A stretch of 63,501 nt of DNA, the filler included, from Perkinsus olseni (taxonomy: Eukaryota), in the NCBI GenBank assembly GCA_013115125.1. It is 13 parts of 13 records of this genome, joined end to end, with 100 filler letters (N's around TTAATTAATTAA, not from the genome) between each part and the next. Parts side by side here need not be neighbours in the genome. Positions count along the whole stretch, not along the records: positions 9,945 to 14,790 come from JABANN010001238.1; positions 14,891 to 19,728 come from JABANN010001239.1; positions 19,829 to 24,638 come from JABANN010001240.1; 10 more parts are not named here. One strand, written 5' to 3'. Within the stretch, counting starts at the first letter, position 1. Every line of letters starts with the position of its first letter. A program made the position numbers and the translations under genes. The notes beneath the pieces are model-generated. The model saw nothing but the letters and a program-made list of their open reading frames with translations. It was not told the DNA's origin and did not search any database. Shown piece by piece: positions 10,725-22,137 of the stretch.

Positions 10725-13700
10725 CTAATTAGTCCTTCCGTTCTCGTCATGACGACGAGAAGCTAGAGGGACGTACTGACTTGGGTCAAAAGGAGCGGAA
10801 GGTGGACGTCGGACTCGAGTAGACCGCCAACCGACCGAAGCATCATCTCTACGGATGCCTCCGGCCTCTTCTTGTTGATTACCGGCATCAACCAAGGGGG
10901 CGTCGTCAACTTGATCAACAACATCTTGTACACCTTCAGCACGCGACTCCTCCGACCGAACCGAGCTCTGAGGAGGAGAAGACTCCTCCCTCGCAGAACC
11001 GAAACCAGGGGAACGTTCAGGAGAAGAAACCATCGGCGTCAACAGATCTGGGGGAGATTCGGGATCATCAACCGGAGTCCCAGCTCGGGGGCTAACCAAA
11101 CCTCTAACCATACCGTCATCTGCGGACGCAGGAGTCACAGGGGAACCAGGCAGAACAGGGGCGTCATTCAAAGGTAGAACAGGCACGTCGTTCAAAGGCA
11201 AGATAGGCACATTCTCAATCGGCACGTCATCAACCACTTCCGGCCGTACTAGGGGCTCAACGTCTTCGGGCTCAACATCCTCATCTCTCACATCCTCATC
11301 TCTCTGCTCTCCCTCAGGATTCGGAACAACCGGATCCTCAACAACACCACGGTCTTCCGGAGGAATTAACTCCCACACGTCGTACTCCACTAAGCCTTGA
11401 GCTTGAGCTGGAACTTCCTCGTGACCATCTTGTTGTTGATCCTCGGCATTACCGGAATCACCAAGAACAGACGGGACGTCAATATTGTCACTTGGCATCG
11501 CATCGTCGTTCACCGGACCATCATACAGCAAGGGGAAGTCGGACAAGTGCGGGTCTTCTAGCGGAGGTGGGGGATGTCGTACAATACTCATATGAGGAGG
11601 AGGATGTGGCGGTTGCAAGGGGTCAATGTGAAGCAAGTCGACAGAGATAACCTTAGTATGACCAGTGTCTTCGTGCATCACTTCCACAGCCTTCACAACC
11701 CGTCCTGGCATAATGCGCTTGACAAACCAACCGTCCTCCCAACCGGATAAGAGCTTGTCACGCCGACCACGAGAACTCGGGAACCTCTTAAGCTGCACCT
11801 TCTGACCCACAAAGAACACCCTCGACTTAGCCTTCTTATCATAGAAGTACTTCTGACGAGCACCAGCATACGAGACATATAGATCCACCGTATCCTGAAT
11901 ACGAGCTCGAGTGTGAGCTTGTTCTTCCGACCAAGTGATAGGGTCATGCAGGTTGAAGGCGTCAGACAGAGGTGGGAAGTAGCCAACATTAGGCTCCCGG
12001 CCGAACATGAGGAAGTAAGGCGTGTGCCCCGTACTGGCATGCACACTAGTGTTGTAGCACCATAAAACCGTCCTCAGCTTGCCCAGCCAATCATAAGAGT
12101 GGTCCACGTGTGTCCTCAACATTCCCAGCACCGTCTGGTTAAAGCGCTCGACTAAACCATTGCCTTGAGGGTGATATACCGTACAGTGGGCTCGCTTGCA
12201 GCCCAGGCCCGTGAGAACTTTCTCGAAGACCTTGGACTCAAACGCCGGCCCATTATCCGACAACAAGACACTCTGGGGGACCAAAATGACCGAACAGAAC
12301 ATAGAGGGAAGCTACCGCACTTGCTGCCGTCTCATCAGTCACAGGGAAGGCCTCCGCGAACTTAGTAAAATAGTCCACAACCACCAACAACTTGGAGAAG
12401 GAGCCGACCGGAGTTGACAACGACAAGAAGTCGATGGCTACCGTGTGCCACGGCCGGCCTACAGGAATAGTTACCAAGTCCATAGGGGGCACGACCTTCT
12501 TCTTAGCTTCCTTGCAACGGCGACACTCACAGATATAGTCCGCAACCGCCGTCAACATACCCGGCCAGTGGCACAAAGAGGTAAGCTTTTGGCCAACCCG
12601 TTCCTTGCCAAAGTGGCCGTCGTCATCATGAAACTGCAGAAGCACCTCCGACCTAATTGCTTGAGGAACCACGGGAACCAGGCGAGGCTTGTCATCAGGC
12701 AACGGGCGAACCAGTCGTACTAAGACACCGTCCACGACATCCAACTGACCCCAAATCTTCTTGTAAGGCATAAGCTCCGGCCCTATCAATTCGTTCCTCG
12801 CCAAAGGAGCCGGATCCGACCTTCGCTCGAAAACCAGGGAGAGGGTGGGATCAGCTTGCTGAACATTACGAAGCTCTTCCTTAGTCCACCGGGGCGCCAC
12901 CGAGAGAATGCATACGATGGGCGAAGTCAACCGTACCGACCCACTTAACTCGCCGCCCTCGAGCGTAGCCGAGAGTCGACGAGGCTCAAGGAGCCGAACT
13001 TGCTCTGTCCCGCAGCCAAGTTGCTCCGCGGACAGCATCTCAACATCAGGAACACCCTCCTTCTTGAGGGTAACCGGCCTAATCCGAGAGAGAGCATCAG
13101 CATTAACGTGCTTAGTTCCTTCTCGATAACGGACCGTAAACCGATATGCCTGCAAGGCCAGTAGTCACCTCGTCACCTTCGGGCTAGTAGCCTTGCGTAA
13201 CCACGTGAGGGGCCTATGGTCCGTGACCATAACCACCTCCAAGGGGTAACCGATGATGAAGTGGTGAAAGAAGTCCAACGTCTTTAGCAAAGCATACGCC
13301 TCCTTCTCATACGTGGGCCAGTTCAACTGTGCTCCTGTAAGGGACCGGCTAAAGTAGCCCAACGGACGGCCATCTTGTTCGAGAACCCCACCAACCGCGT
13401 AATCACTAGCATCCGTGAAGATCTGGAACTGCCGGCCAAAGTCAGGGTACATCAAGTAAGGGAGCCTTGCCAAAGCCGTCTTTAAATCCACGAAGGTGGC
13501 CTCGTGAACATCCGACCATAACTCTTGTACTCGGCCAACATCATCTTTACCGTCCAGAGCCTTACAAGCCGCCAATAACTCACGCAAGGGGCGTTCTCGA
13601 GCTGAGTAGTTGTCGATGAACTTGCGATAGTAACCAGCCAAGCCCAAGAAAGAACGGAGCTCCATAGTCGTCTCAGGAACCGGCCACGTAGTTATAGCGC

Positions 13701-14720
13701 TAACCTTGCTCCGAGCAGGCTTCATACCGACTTCATCAAAGACATGGCCCAAATACTCCACCTCGGGTTGACCAAAGTCGCACTTATCAGGTGCAAGAGT
13801 CAAGTTAGCCGACCTCAACCGCTCGAAGATAATCCTCAGGTGCTCTAAGTGAGTCTTCTCATCCGGACTGAAGACCAGGACGTCGTCCAAATAGATGCGG
13901 ACAAAGGGTAAGTCGCCGAGCTCGAAGTGCATCAACCGTTGGAAGGAGGCAGGGGCGTTCGACAGACCAAAGGCTACACGCTTCCACTGATACAAGGGAA
14001 AGCCCGGACCCGGGCAGAAGGCAGTCTTCTCCCGGTCTTCCGGCCTCAACAACATCTGCCAATAACCCGACCTGAGATCCAAGGTAGAGAAAACCTTGGC
14101 CCCCTTGAGATGCTCTTGAACATCGTCCGGCCTAGGGACCGGATAGGCGTCCAAGTCAACGACCTTATTAAGCTCGCGGTAGTCGATACACATCCTTACC
14201 CGGCCGTCCTTTTTGGGGACATAGACACGAGGGAAGCGGTAGGAAGACGACGAGAGCTCCATCACGTCCGCGGCCAACATCTCGGAGACCATCTCTTCTA
14301 CATCGCTACGCCACTTATGAGGGACTCGTCGAACCTTCTCCGCAATAGGCTTGTCCTTCTTCAAGTGGATCTCGTGCTGCATGTGGTCGCACCTACCCGG
14401 CCGCTTAGAGAAGAGGTCCGAAAACTCCGAACACAGAGCCTTATACCGACCATACTTGGCGTCGCCCGGGAATTGCGGTAGCTCCACCCCATCCGTCTGG
14501 AAGTCCGGAACAGCAAACTCCAAAGCAGCAGCCAGGTCATCACCGTCCAGCTCGTCTACATCAACACCTTCACCAGGCCGCTTTTCCGGAGGAGAGAGAC
14601 CCTTATCGGGAATAATAGAGCTTAACAGAGTCGGACCAGTTATAGGCGGGACCACCATAGAAGCACGAAGAACCTTAGCATACTCGGGAACATGCTCCGA
14701 CCGAATTTGTTGTAGAGCTC
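10725..14720 (-). mobile_element. Ty3/Gypsy LTR retrotransposon pol (RT-RNase H-integrase), inactivated
   Basis: RT motifs RMCIDYRELN, LDLRSGYWQ and YLDD; RNase H TDASDYAVGGVL and EKEAYAL; integrase HDDDGHFG..CRRC, AIDF, SDNG and NGLVERFN; long acidic/Pro-rich tail ending RSTRVRRPP. Nonsense TGA at 13167-13165 (KVTR*LLALQAY, normally W) and a frameshift near 12265. Confidence 0.95.
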
Positions 14721-14788
14721 GGTGGTAAGGCGCCGGGTTTGCCAAAAACCATAAACTGTCGCGCAAGCGACACATCAGCGAGCCTGGG
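14721..14788 (+). repeat. 68-bp terminus of an unidentified repeated element (copy 2), interrupting the Gypsy pol upstream of RT
   Basis: ggtggtaaggcgccgggtttgccaaaaaccataaactgtcgcgcaagcgacacatcagcgagcctggg; exact reverse complement of 9945-10012. Confidence 0.9.
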
Positions 14789-15583
14789 CANNNNNNNNNN
14801 NNNNNNNNNNNNNNNNNNNNNNNNNNNNNNNNNNTTAATTAATTAANNNNNNNNNNNNNNNNNNNNNNNNNNNNNNNNNNNNNNNNNNNNCGAATATCAG
14901 TTGTCGTTGCCACCCAGACGGAAACTCAACGGCCGGTGGCACCGGCCCGGAGCACTATGAATGGATCATTCAGAATGATAAAAATATATGTCTTCCTCTC
15001 ATCTCTGATTTGCGTTCTTGCCTTACTCAGCTGAGATGACAGCTCTTGCGTTAGTCAGAAAAACACCGCGCGTATACATTGCCTTCGGGAGGAACCCATC
15101 ATCACTTTGCGAAATCCAGGTCTCGTGAAGTAGGTGGCCAAGGTTGCATTATCCGCTGGACTTTCTAAGGGGCATTTCATGGTTGACATTGAAGTTGATG
15201 GCAGTTGATGATACCCTCCTGGAGTAAAACATCAACGGTTATCGACAGACCAGCCGGGACCAGGCTAGTCAACCTATGCCCCCCTAAGGTCCCCTTGCGT
15301 TGTACAAGGGCAAAGTGCCAGCTTGTTAGAAATAAGCAATACAATTCTTGCGTGCGTTGACTAATGGAAAATCATCAGACAATGAGTACTTTAGCGATGC
15401 AAAGGATGCAGCGAGAGGGTGCTGTGGCGCTGAGGCCTGAGGGTAACCGAGTCATTGAGCAGGCTTCACTACCAACTTTTTCTTGGTGGTTTGCATACGT
15501 CCAATTTTCAACCATGCTGATTTGTGTTCTGGAAGTGGGCGTTAGATCGGAGACCAAGCTGGTAACGGCTTTCGATATTCCAC

Positions 15584-15894
15584 ATGGCTGGCCACCCCTT
15601 CACCGAGGAAGACGACATGAGCATATTCCGCTTCGTAGCGTCGGAGGCCGCTGCCGCTGTGCGCCGCGGGGAGCAGGTTAGAGTCAGAGGTTACAAGATC
15701 TGGCAAAAAGCCGAACAGCAGGGTGAAAAACCGGACTCCCTCGCTTGTAAACCTCTTATATCGTTCGTGTCATCTTCTTAGGCATAGCGCGTCCTCATAC
15801 ATTCCAGAGCATGCGAACAAGGTGGAGAAAATCCATTGAACCACACTACATCGAGTTCTCTCGCCGCCTCGCTGAAGCAAAGAATGTGCGCTCT
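15584..15894 (+). CDS. Two exons encoding a Rap1/TERF2IP-type Myb-like domain
   Basis: Removing the GT-AG intron 15723-15781 gives MAGHPFTEEDDMSIFRFV...RGYKIWQKAEQQGIARPHTFQSMRTRWRKSI, which matches the Rap1 Myb pattern FT..DD.AIL..V...GN.LW......HSWQS.KDRY. A GTAAGT donor follows at 15895. Confidence 0.7.
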
Positions 15895-16432
15895 GTAAGT
15901 CTACATGCCGGCGTTCCCCTCTATCAGCTCATGATGAGTTGCGACTGGCGAGTACGTAGGGATCGCTTGGGGATGTGCTTTCATTTCAGTGATTCGTTGT
16001 GACCCTATAACTCATGGGAATTGCTCGAGAACGCAATGTGGAGGAAGGCTGATGGCATCAGCCTGATGCATTACATCCCGAGAATTAGATTCAAGAAGGT
16101 TCACTCTGTGTTTGAGAGTTGGGTCAATCAAACTTGCCACCGTCGTGGTCAATTGGCAACCTCCGAAGAGCCCGCGCAAGCAAGCTGAAAAGCTAAAATT
16201 AACGATGACGCGTTAAGGTAACACAACAAAAAATCCGTGCAGAGATTAATAGTAACAGTGTAAATCGGTAGCACGGAGTGGTGTGGAATAATCCATGACA
16301 AGCATGAATCGCGTTTAGTGGGTCAATTGTGGCGCACCGGATAACGGATACTCATGATGCCTCCTCCAGGCGACGCTTAGTACCAGTTGGTACTAGCATA
16401 AAGTTACCAACATTTCTGACTCTGGCCGAGGA

Positions 16433-19400
16433 ATGACGTCTTCTGGTGGATCCTCGAGGAGTTCCTCGCCTGCTGCGGAAGAAGTTACTCCGTCAAGTGG
16501 GCTCATACAACAATATGCTGGCTCTATCATGGCAGACCCTGAGGTCCTCCAGGCTGTCGCAAAGGCCATTGGTACTACTCTTGGCAATCGCTTGGTACAC
16601 AACGAAGCTGAAAACCCCAAGCTACAACCAACAGAGGAAAACTGCGACGTTCTGGAGGATAACTGTGGAAGTGCGGGTGGAAGGGGCCGCGGAAAAGGGA
16701 AGATCTATGTGGTTCACGACGAGACATTCCTCACTATGAGTGGGGCAAAAGATGCTCTCGATCGGCTCTCTGGCTTGGCACCGGAAGAAAAGATGTGGCA
16801 CGTGGATGACCATTATCGCAAGCTGACTAAGGCCCATGTGTACAAGTATCGTTGCAGTCACTCCAAGAAGGAGAAGTGCCCGTATACGGCAAATATCATT
16901 TTGCTTGCTGATGGTACTCATCGCATCGAGCTACCAGAGCCACCTCACAGCCTACACAACCACGATCTTCACTGCGCTCCTCAACCCGCTTCGGGAAGAG
17001 GTCTCCCTTGTGAGCTGCGGGAGGTAGTCGACCGTCATAATCGATCCTCCGTGCCAACCAAACAGACTCTTCGAGAGCTCAGAGAGGACGGCTTGATCGA
17101 CATGGTCGACAAGCAGCTGCGGGACCAGATAAAGAACCACAAGCATAGTAGCAAGCAGAAACGGTCCAGAGAAGACGCCGTCGGCGAGAGTTTGGAGGAG
17201 CTGCGATGCTTCTGCATCAAAACGTCACATATTCCTGACGACCAAAATGCTGTGTTTTGCGTCATTCATGACACAGAGCACTCCCTGTTTGGGTTCTTCA
17301 GCACCCCACGCCTGATCAAGGAGAATTGTACTGGCACATCCCTCGCCCTCGATTACACTTACAAAAGAACTTGGGCAGGGATGCCAGTGGCTCTGCTTGC
17401 GAATGTTGATCCACCTGCCAAGTGCCGACCTGTAGCTCTGGGTTTCTGCATTGAAGAAGATCAAAGATCAGTTGAAAGCCTACTTCGCGGAGTGCTACAT
17501 CGAGCGAAACAGCTCGGCGTAGATCATTCTCCGAAGGTATTTATTGCTGATTCAGCACCGAGTTACACTGCCGCATGGGAACAGGTAGGAAAGGGGAATT
17601 TGAAGCTAATAAACATACTCGTCCTGGAAACTTGAAAATATAGAATGCTCGTGCTTTGCCACTGCTAGTAACAGTGACAAAGCACGAGCATTCTATGGTA
17701 CAGAATAGAATCTCTTTTCTCAGTGCAGTTACAGTGCCATAATCAACGACACTGATCTAACCATCGATCTTATAGCGACTCATGAATTTATCTCGAAAAA
17801 TACACAACACCATTATGTCAGTGACACATCATCATGATCGATCACGACAATAAATATGAGGGGGTTTAGACTTAGTTGGGCAACCCTAAATACCATTACA
17901 GATACCATAGTAAAGTGCAATAGCTGCAAAGACACAGTAATACATAAAGTTCAGTCAAAGGTATCACACCGATATATGGCCTTCCAAAAATTAATAATCA
18001 ACTCCGCACAAGTTTAATAATGAACTCGATCGGCTATCAAACAGAACCCCGAAGGAGCATACCAACTGTTTATCCACACACGACTTAATGAATCAGATCG
18101 TCCACTAGAACACTCATCAGAGCGTGGCTCATAACGTTGCGTCTCATGTTATCATCTCATTGCCAGGTACACGGCAAGGTGCACCCCACAAAGCTCGACT
18201 CGAATATGGAATGGGTGGTGGCCGACGATGCAACAACACTGAGGATATTCTGTCACTTCCATATGATGACCAAAGCCACGGAGCACGCCAAACAATTCAT
18301 CAAGCCTGAAGGTGTCGACGCTAAGAGGGAAGCTGAAAGGGATATTGAGGAATTCATCGACGACGTGCGGACTCTACAGCGCTCTCCTACTCATGCGCTG
18401 TTCTCGACCGGTGCCAAGTTGTTCATGTCGAAGTGGTCGAGTCGGTATCCGGAATTAGCGACGTACTTCTCTAACAATTGGCTCCACCAAAGGTGCACCT
18501 GGAGTCAAACATGCTACGAAAATATCGCACCACCGCCTTTCCCAAGGACGAACAATCACATAGAAGCGACGAATAAATCTTTCAAGGATGGTCTCATCCA
18601 CCCAGGAACCGATATCTCTACCTTAGTTCGAGAACTAATAGCCGCCACTGCCGACTTCTCCATACGCCACGAGGAGACTTGTCAACCTAACAGCATGCAC
18701 CAACGACTACTTGCTGCGGCCAAATGGTGCAACTCACCGGAAGTGAAGGACATTTACATTAGTGATGATGACTCTTGCTACTTTATACCCTCCCTGGCAC
18801 TGACAAGATGGTGTGCTAACCGCCAGGAACTGGACGACACCATGGCCAGCTTCATCCGAGAATACTTCTCCGCTCCTGGCGGGTCCTGGGATGACTTCGA
18901 CGAGTACTCCATCATGATCCGGAACGTGACTATAGTTCGCAGAGACCCTCATCGATGCTCATGCTATGAGAACAGAGTAGGAGACGGCGAGTGCAAGCAC
19001 GTACTAGCCATCAAACTTCAAGAAGGGTTGATATCGAGTCACAGGCTCGAAAGGATATCACCATTAATACCAAAACCTAAAGGAAGAGCAAGGTACTGGA
19101 TCAACGCGTCACAGCAGTTTGTGTCCTGTCATATTACCCTACTTGTCAGTTACACCACCACCCCGGCTCGACGAGTGGATAAGAATTACCAGCGGCGGCA
19201 CCTTAGACTAGTGATGGCGATCGAGAGAATGCGCAACCAGGACTCATCTCCGAGTTCGTCACCTGAGCCAAGACTCCCACAATCAGCAAGACGAGCCTGC
19301 AAAACGGGGATAACCTCAGCTTCAGCCACTCACAGACATTCGACCAATGCTCGCCAGAATAAGAAGCGTCGCCTCGGATGTAGGCATTGCTCGATCACCA

Positions 19401-19728
19401 TAGTCAGGCGAGGTACACTTTACCTGCCAGAACATAGTCTTAGGTACAATATCCGATGCACCCGACGAGGCCGCGTATCAACCGAGAACGACTTCATGCA
19501 GCAGCAACCACCAAGAACAGGCGGGTACGAATCGAACGCTCCATTCGCTACGCCTCACCATCCAGCTTGGCATCCCAGCCTCAACCTCCGAGCGCTGAAC
19601 ACGCTCCTTACGCAGGAACGTCTCCGTTCGGCCATTTAGATGATGGAGCGTCTAGCCAGCAAGGAAGGGCTTCAGGGAGCGGTATCTACCAAGGACTATA
19701 CACAACCGCTCAGGGGGAACAAGGTACT
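16433..19728 (+). mobile_element. Mutator-like (MULE) DDE transposase gene with SWIM zinc finger, spliced; 3' end probably beyond the contig end
   Basis: N-terminal YRC..C...H.H finger; catalytic D (LALDYTYK), D (FIADSA), CHFH and E (RTNNHIEATN); SWIM CSC...CKHVLA. A phase-0 intron 17585-18166 joins ORFs 16433 and 18137 in frame; a further likely intron at 19093-19149. Confidence 0.9.
17640..17696. repeat. Near-perfect 57-bp hairpin in the MULE intron
   Basis: atagaatgctcgtgctttg / caaagcacgagcattctat are perfect 19-bp arms, with further imperfect pairing inside. Confidence 0.9.
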
Positions 19729-19828
19729 NNNNNNNNNNNNNNNNNNNNNNNNNNNNNNNNNNNNNNNNNNNNTTAATTAATTAANNNNNNNNNNNNNNNN
19801 NNNNNNNNNNNNNNNNNNNNNNNNNNNN

Positions 19829-20122
19829 TCTTGATCCGTTGACCCAGCTGCTTGGTACACAGGAATTGTTTGGGCAAGTGTAGCAGCCGGCGGCGTAAGT
19901 CCGACATGCAGTTTCGCCAAACGCATCCTCGTAGAGGACGTAAGTGTTAGCGCCTCAAGTATCGGGGAGAAGCCTCACGGGCTGACCATCGAAGACCAGC
20001 TCCACCAGAGAGAGATTTCCGCCTACTCTGATGGGGAAGTCTACAACCCCAGGGGGGAGGGTCGCCTTACCAAGGAGCAGCCCTACGAGCATCAGATTGA
20101 CCAAGCTCATCACGTAATTCAT
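19829..20122 (-). pseudogene. Pepsin-like (A1) aspartic protease, 5' part, with a stop in the catalytic DTG motif
   Basis: Signal peptide MNYVMSLVNLMLVGLLLGKA, then VELVFDGQPVRLLPDT*GANTYVLYE...C..GCYTC; TGA at 19957-19955 sits where the Gly of DTG is expected. The frame stays open to the contig end. Confidence 0.75.
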
Positions 20123-22137
20123 CGAGTTGTATGAATAGACCTGTGCAGCTCTTTCGTCCTGCTGAGGGAGAACCCGGAGGGCTTTATCGACGGTGGAACC
20201 TGGACGGTAGGAGACAAGATTTTCGTGCAAGCGACAGCGGCTAGAGCCCTAGCCAGGCTGGGTGCAATTCTCCTAATTCTGCTTATCGTCGAGCTCCGTG
20301 GTATTTCGTGCGGCCTTTGCATGAACCGATTAACCCCGCCCCACCCATCGAGACTGGGGGTGAGCCTGGACCTACTCCGATATCGGTACTATCGATTCGG
20401 TAGGCCCTCACTGGGTTGGCTGCTGCACGCGTACTACCGTAGTACGCGTGTACCTCTTGTGGCAGGAGGATCTGCCTGCTCCTGTTGGCCAGTGTTCTAG
20501 CTGCGAGATATCGATTGTTCGCTAATAGCGAATCGCTATATGTAAATCGACTCCGTTCGGCCTTACATGCTGTCGGTGTTAACTGTTCGGCCTGTGCTGT
20601 TTAACTTTTTGACTGTGCGGCCCGTACGTGCGAAGCAGAGTATTTGGCGGGCGCGAGAGTGTTAAGCGCAGCTTGTATGTGTATGCGTCAAGGGATCGAT
20701 TGCATTTAGAGTCTTTCGTGGATTCTTCTGTGGATTGTCGTTGGCCCGTCTGTCAACTTGTCGACAGCAACTCAACTATTATCTGATATCTGTATTCGCC
20801 TTTGGGATTGTGTTACCAGAGTCACTGACATCGACTACCTATAGTATCAATCGGCGACTCGATCACGACGTTGAAGATATCCGCCCACACTCGAACTACG
20901 GGGACTGGGAGTCGGGGCGGTGGCCGCGACGGACCTGCAGGCGGTGAGGACGACAAGGGGTTACGCCGCATGCCCTTCCTGTGACCTTACGCCAACAGTT
21001 CCTGCGTTTGGCTGCGCACAGCGGGTACACAACCCCTACGCGTGTAGCGGCCAGCCCAGCGAGGGCCTACACCCGGATATTGGGGTAGATCCAGGCTCAC
21101 CCGTAGTCTCGGTTAGTGGGTAGGGTGGGATTGATCGGCTCACACAAAGGCTGCAGAGCCGCTCAGATTGGGGTACTAGAAGGAAAGAGAGGGGACTCGG
21201 GGCTAGTCACGACGTCCTCTATGGCGAGGCGCAGACCAGCCACCGGGAGTCCTGCGGCTATGACCGCAGTATCTTGAAGACAAATTGATCGACTCGTGCA
21301 GAGGCTGCAGGGTCGCTCAAATCGTTACCAAGAACACATGATGACAAACTGACAAACGAAAGGTGACTTGGGTTCACGCGTTTAGCAGAACCGCCTCCCT
21401 TTCGTCGAGGAAGATATACCACGGTACTACCGCGACAGTACTAGGATAATATTATTACACCCTGAGAACGATCAGTATTACGAGAAGGTGAATCCGTCCT
21501 GGCTAGCGCTCTAGCCAAATTGGCTAAGCCAATATGTTACTAGCACACGAATATTGTCCCCTTTCGTGCCGGTTTCGCCGTCGATAAAACCCTGCGGGAT
21601 TTACCTCAGTAGGAATGTGCTTTCAAGTGAACTTGTTGCGACTGTAAGGAATCTGGGAGTATTCGACAGGAACATGTGTACTGCACCGGCGGCTAACACG
21701 TTCGCTGGTAATAATAGTTTGATGGGAACATGTGCACAACACCGCACTCTCCACCGACACCGCAACTCGCTGTCCGCAACGAGACCTCGTGTGTTGAAGA
21801 TATGAAAGGTGATGTCAGATAGCTTTCTGTCGATCGATGGGTCGCGCTGAATCATTTCTGAACTCAACACCGGTAAGAGGTAAAAATACTCTAAGCTTAT
21901 CTAATAGAGGAGAGTAGTAGTATCCTCCTAACACTACCGAGCAAAGCTGTTTGCAATCGAGAAATCTCGAGACGGCAAACAAGACAATGAGGAGGAGCGT
22001 GAACCCTTCTAGTGGACAACTGTCCAGCGTCAGACAACCACGAAGCACTACGCAAATGCCACGATCATTGGCGGCTGTACTCATACGATAAAAGTATACA
22101 TTGATGGGAATGGGTGAAAAGCTCAGTGAGCTGTAGA

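Noticed and set aside
14721-14775. ATG and first 18 aa (MCRLRDSLWFLANPAPYH) of ORFs 13165-14775 and 9958-10173
   Set aside because: These come from the inserted 68-bp repeat and are not a real pol start.
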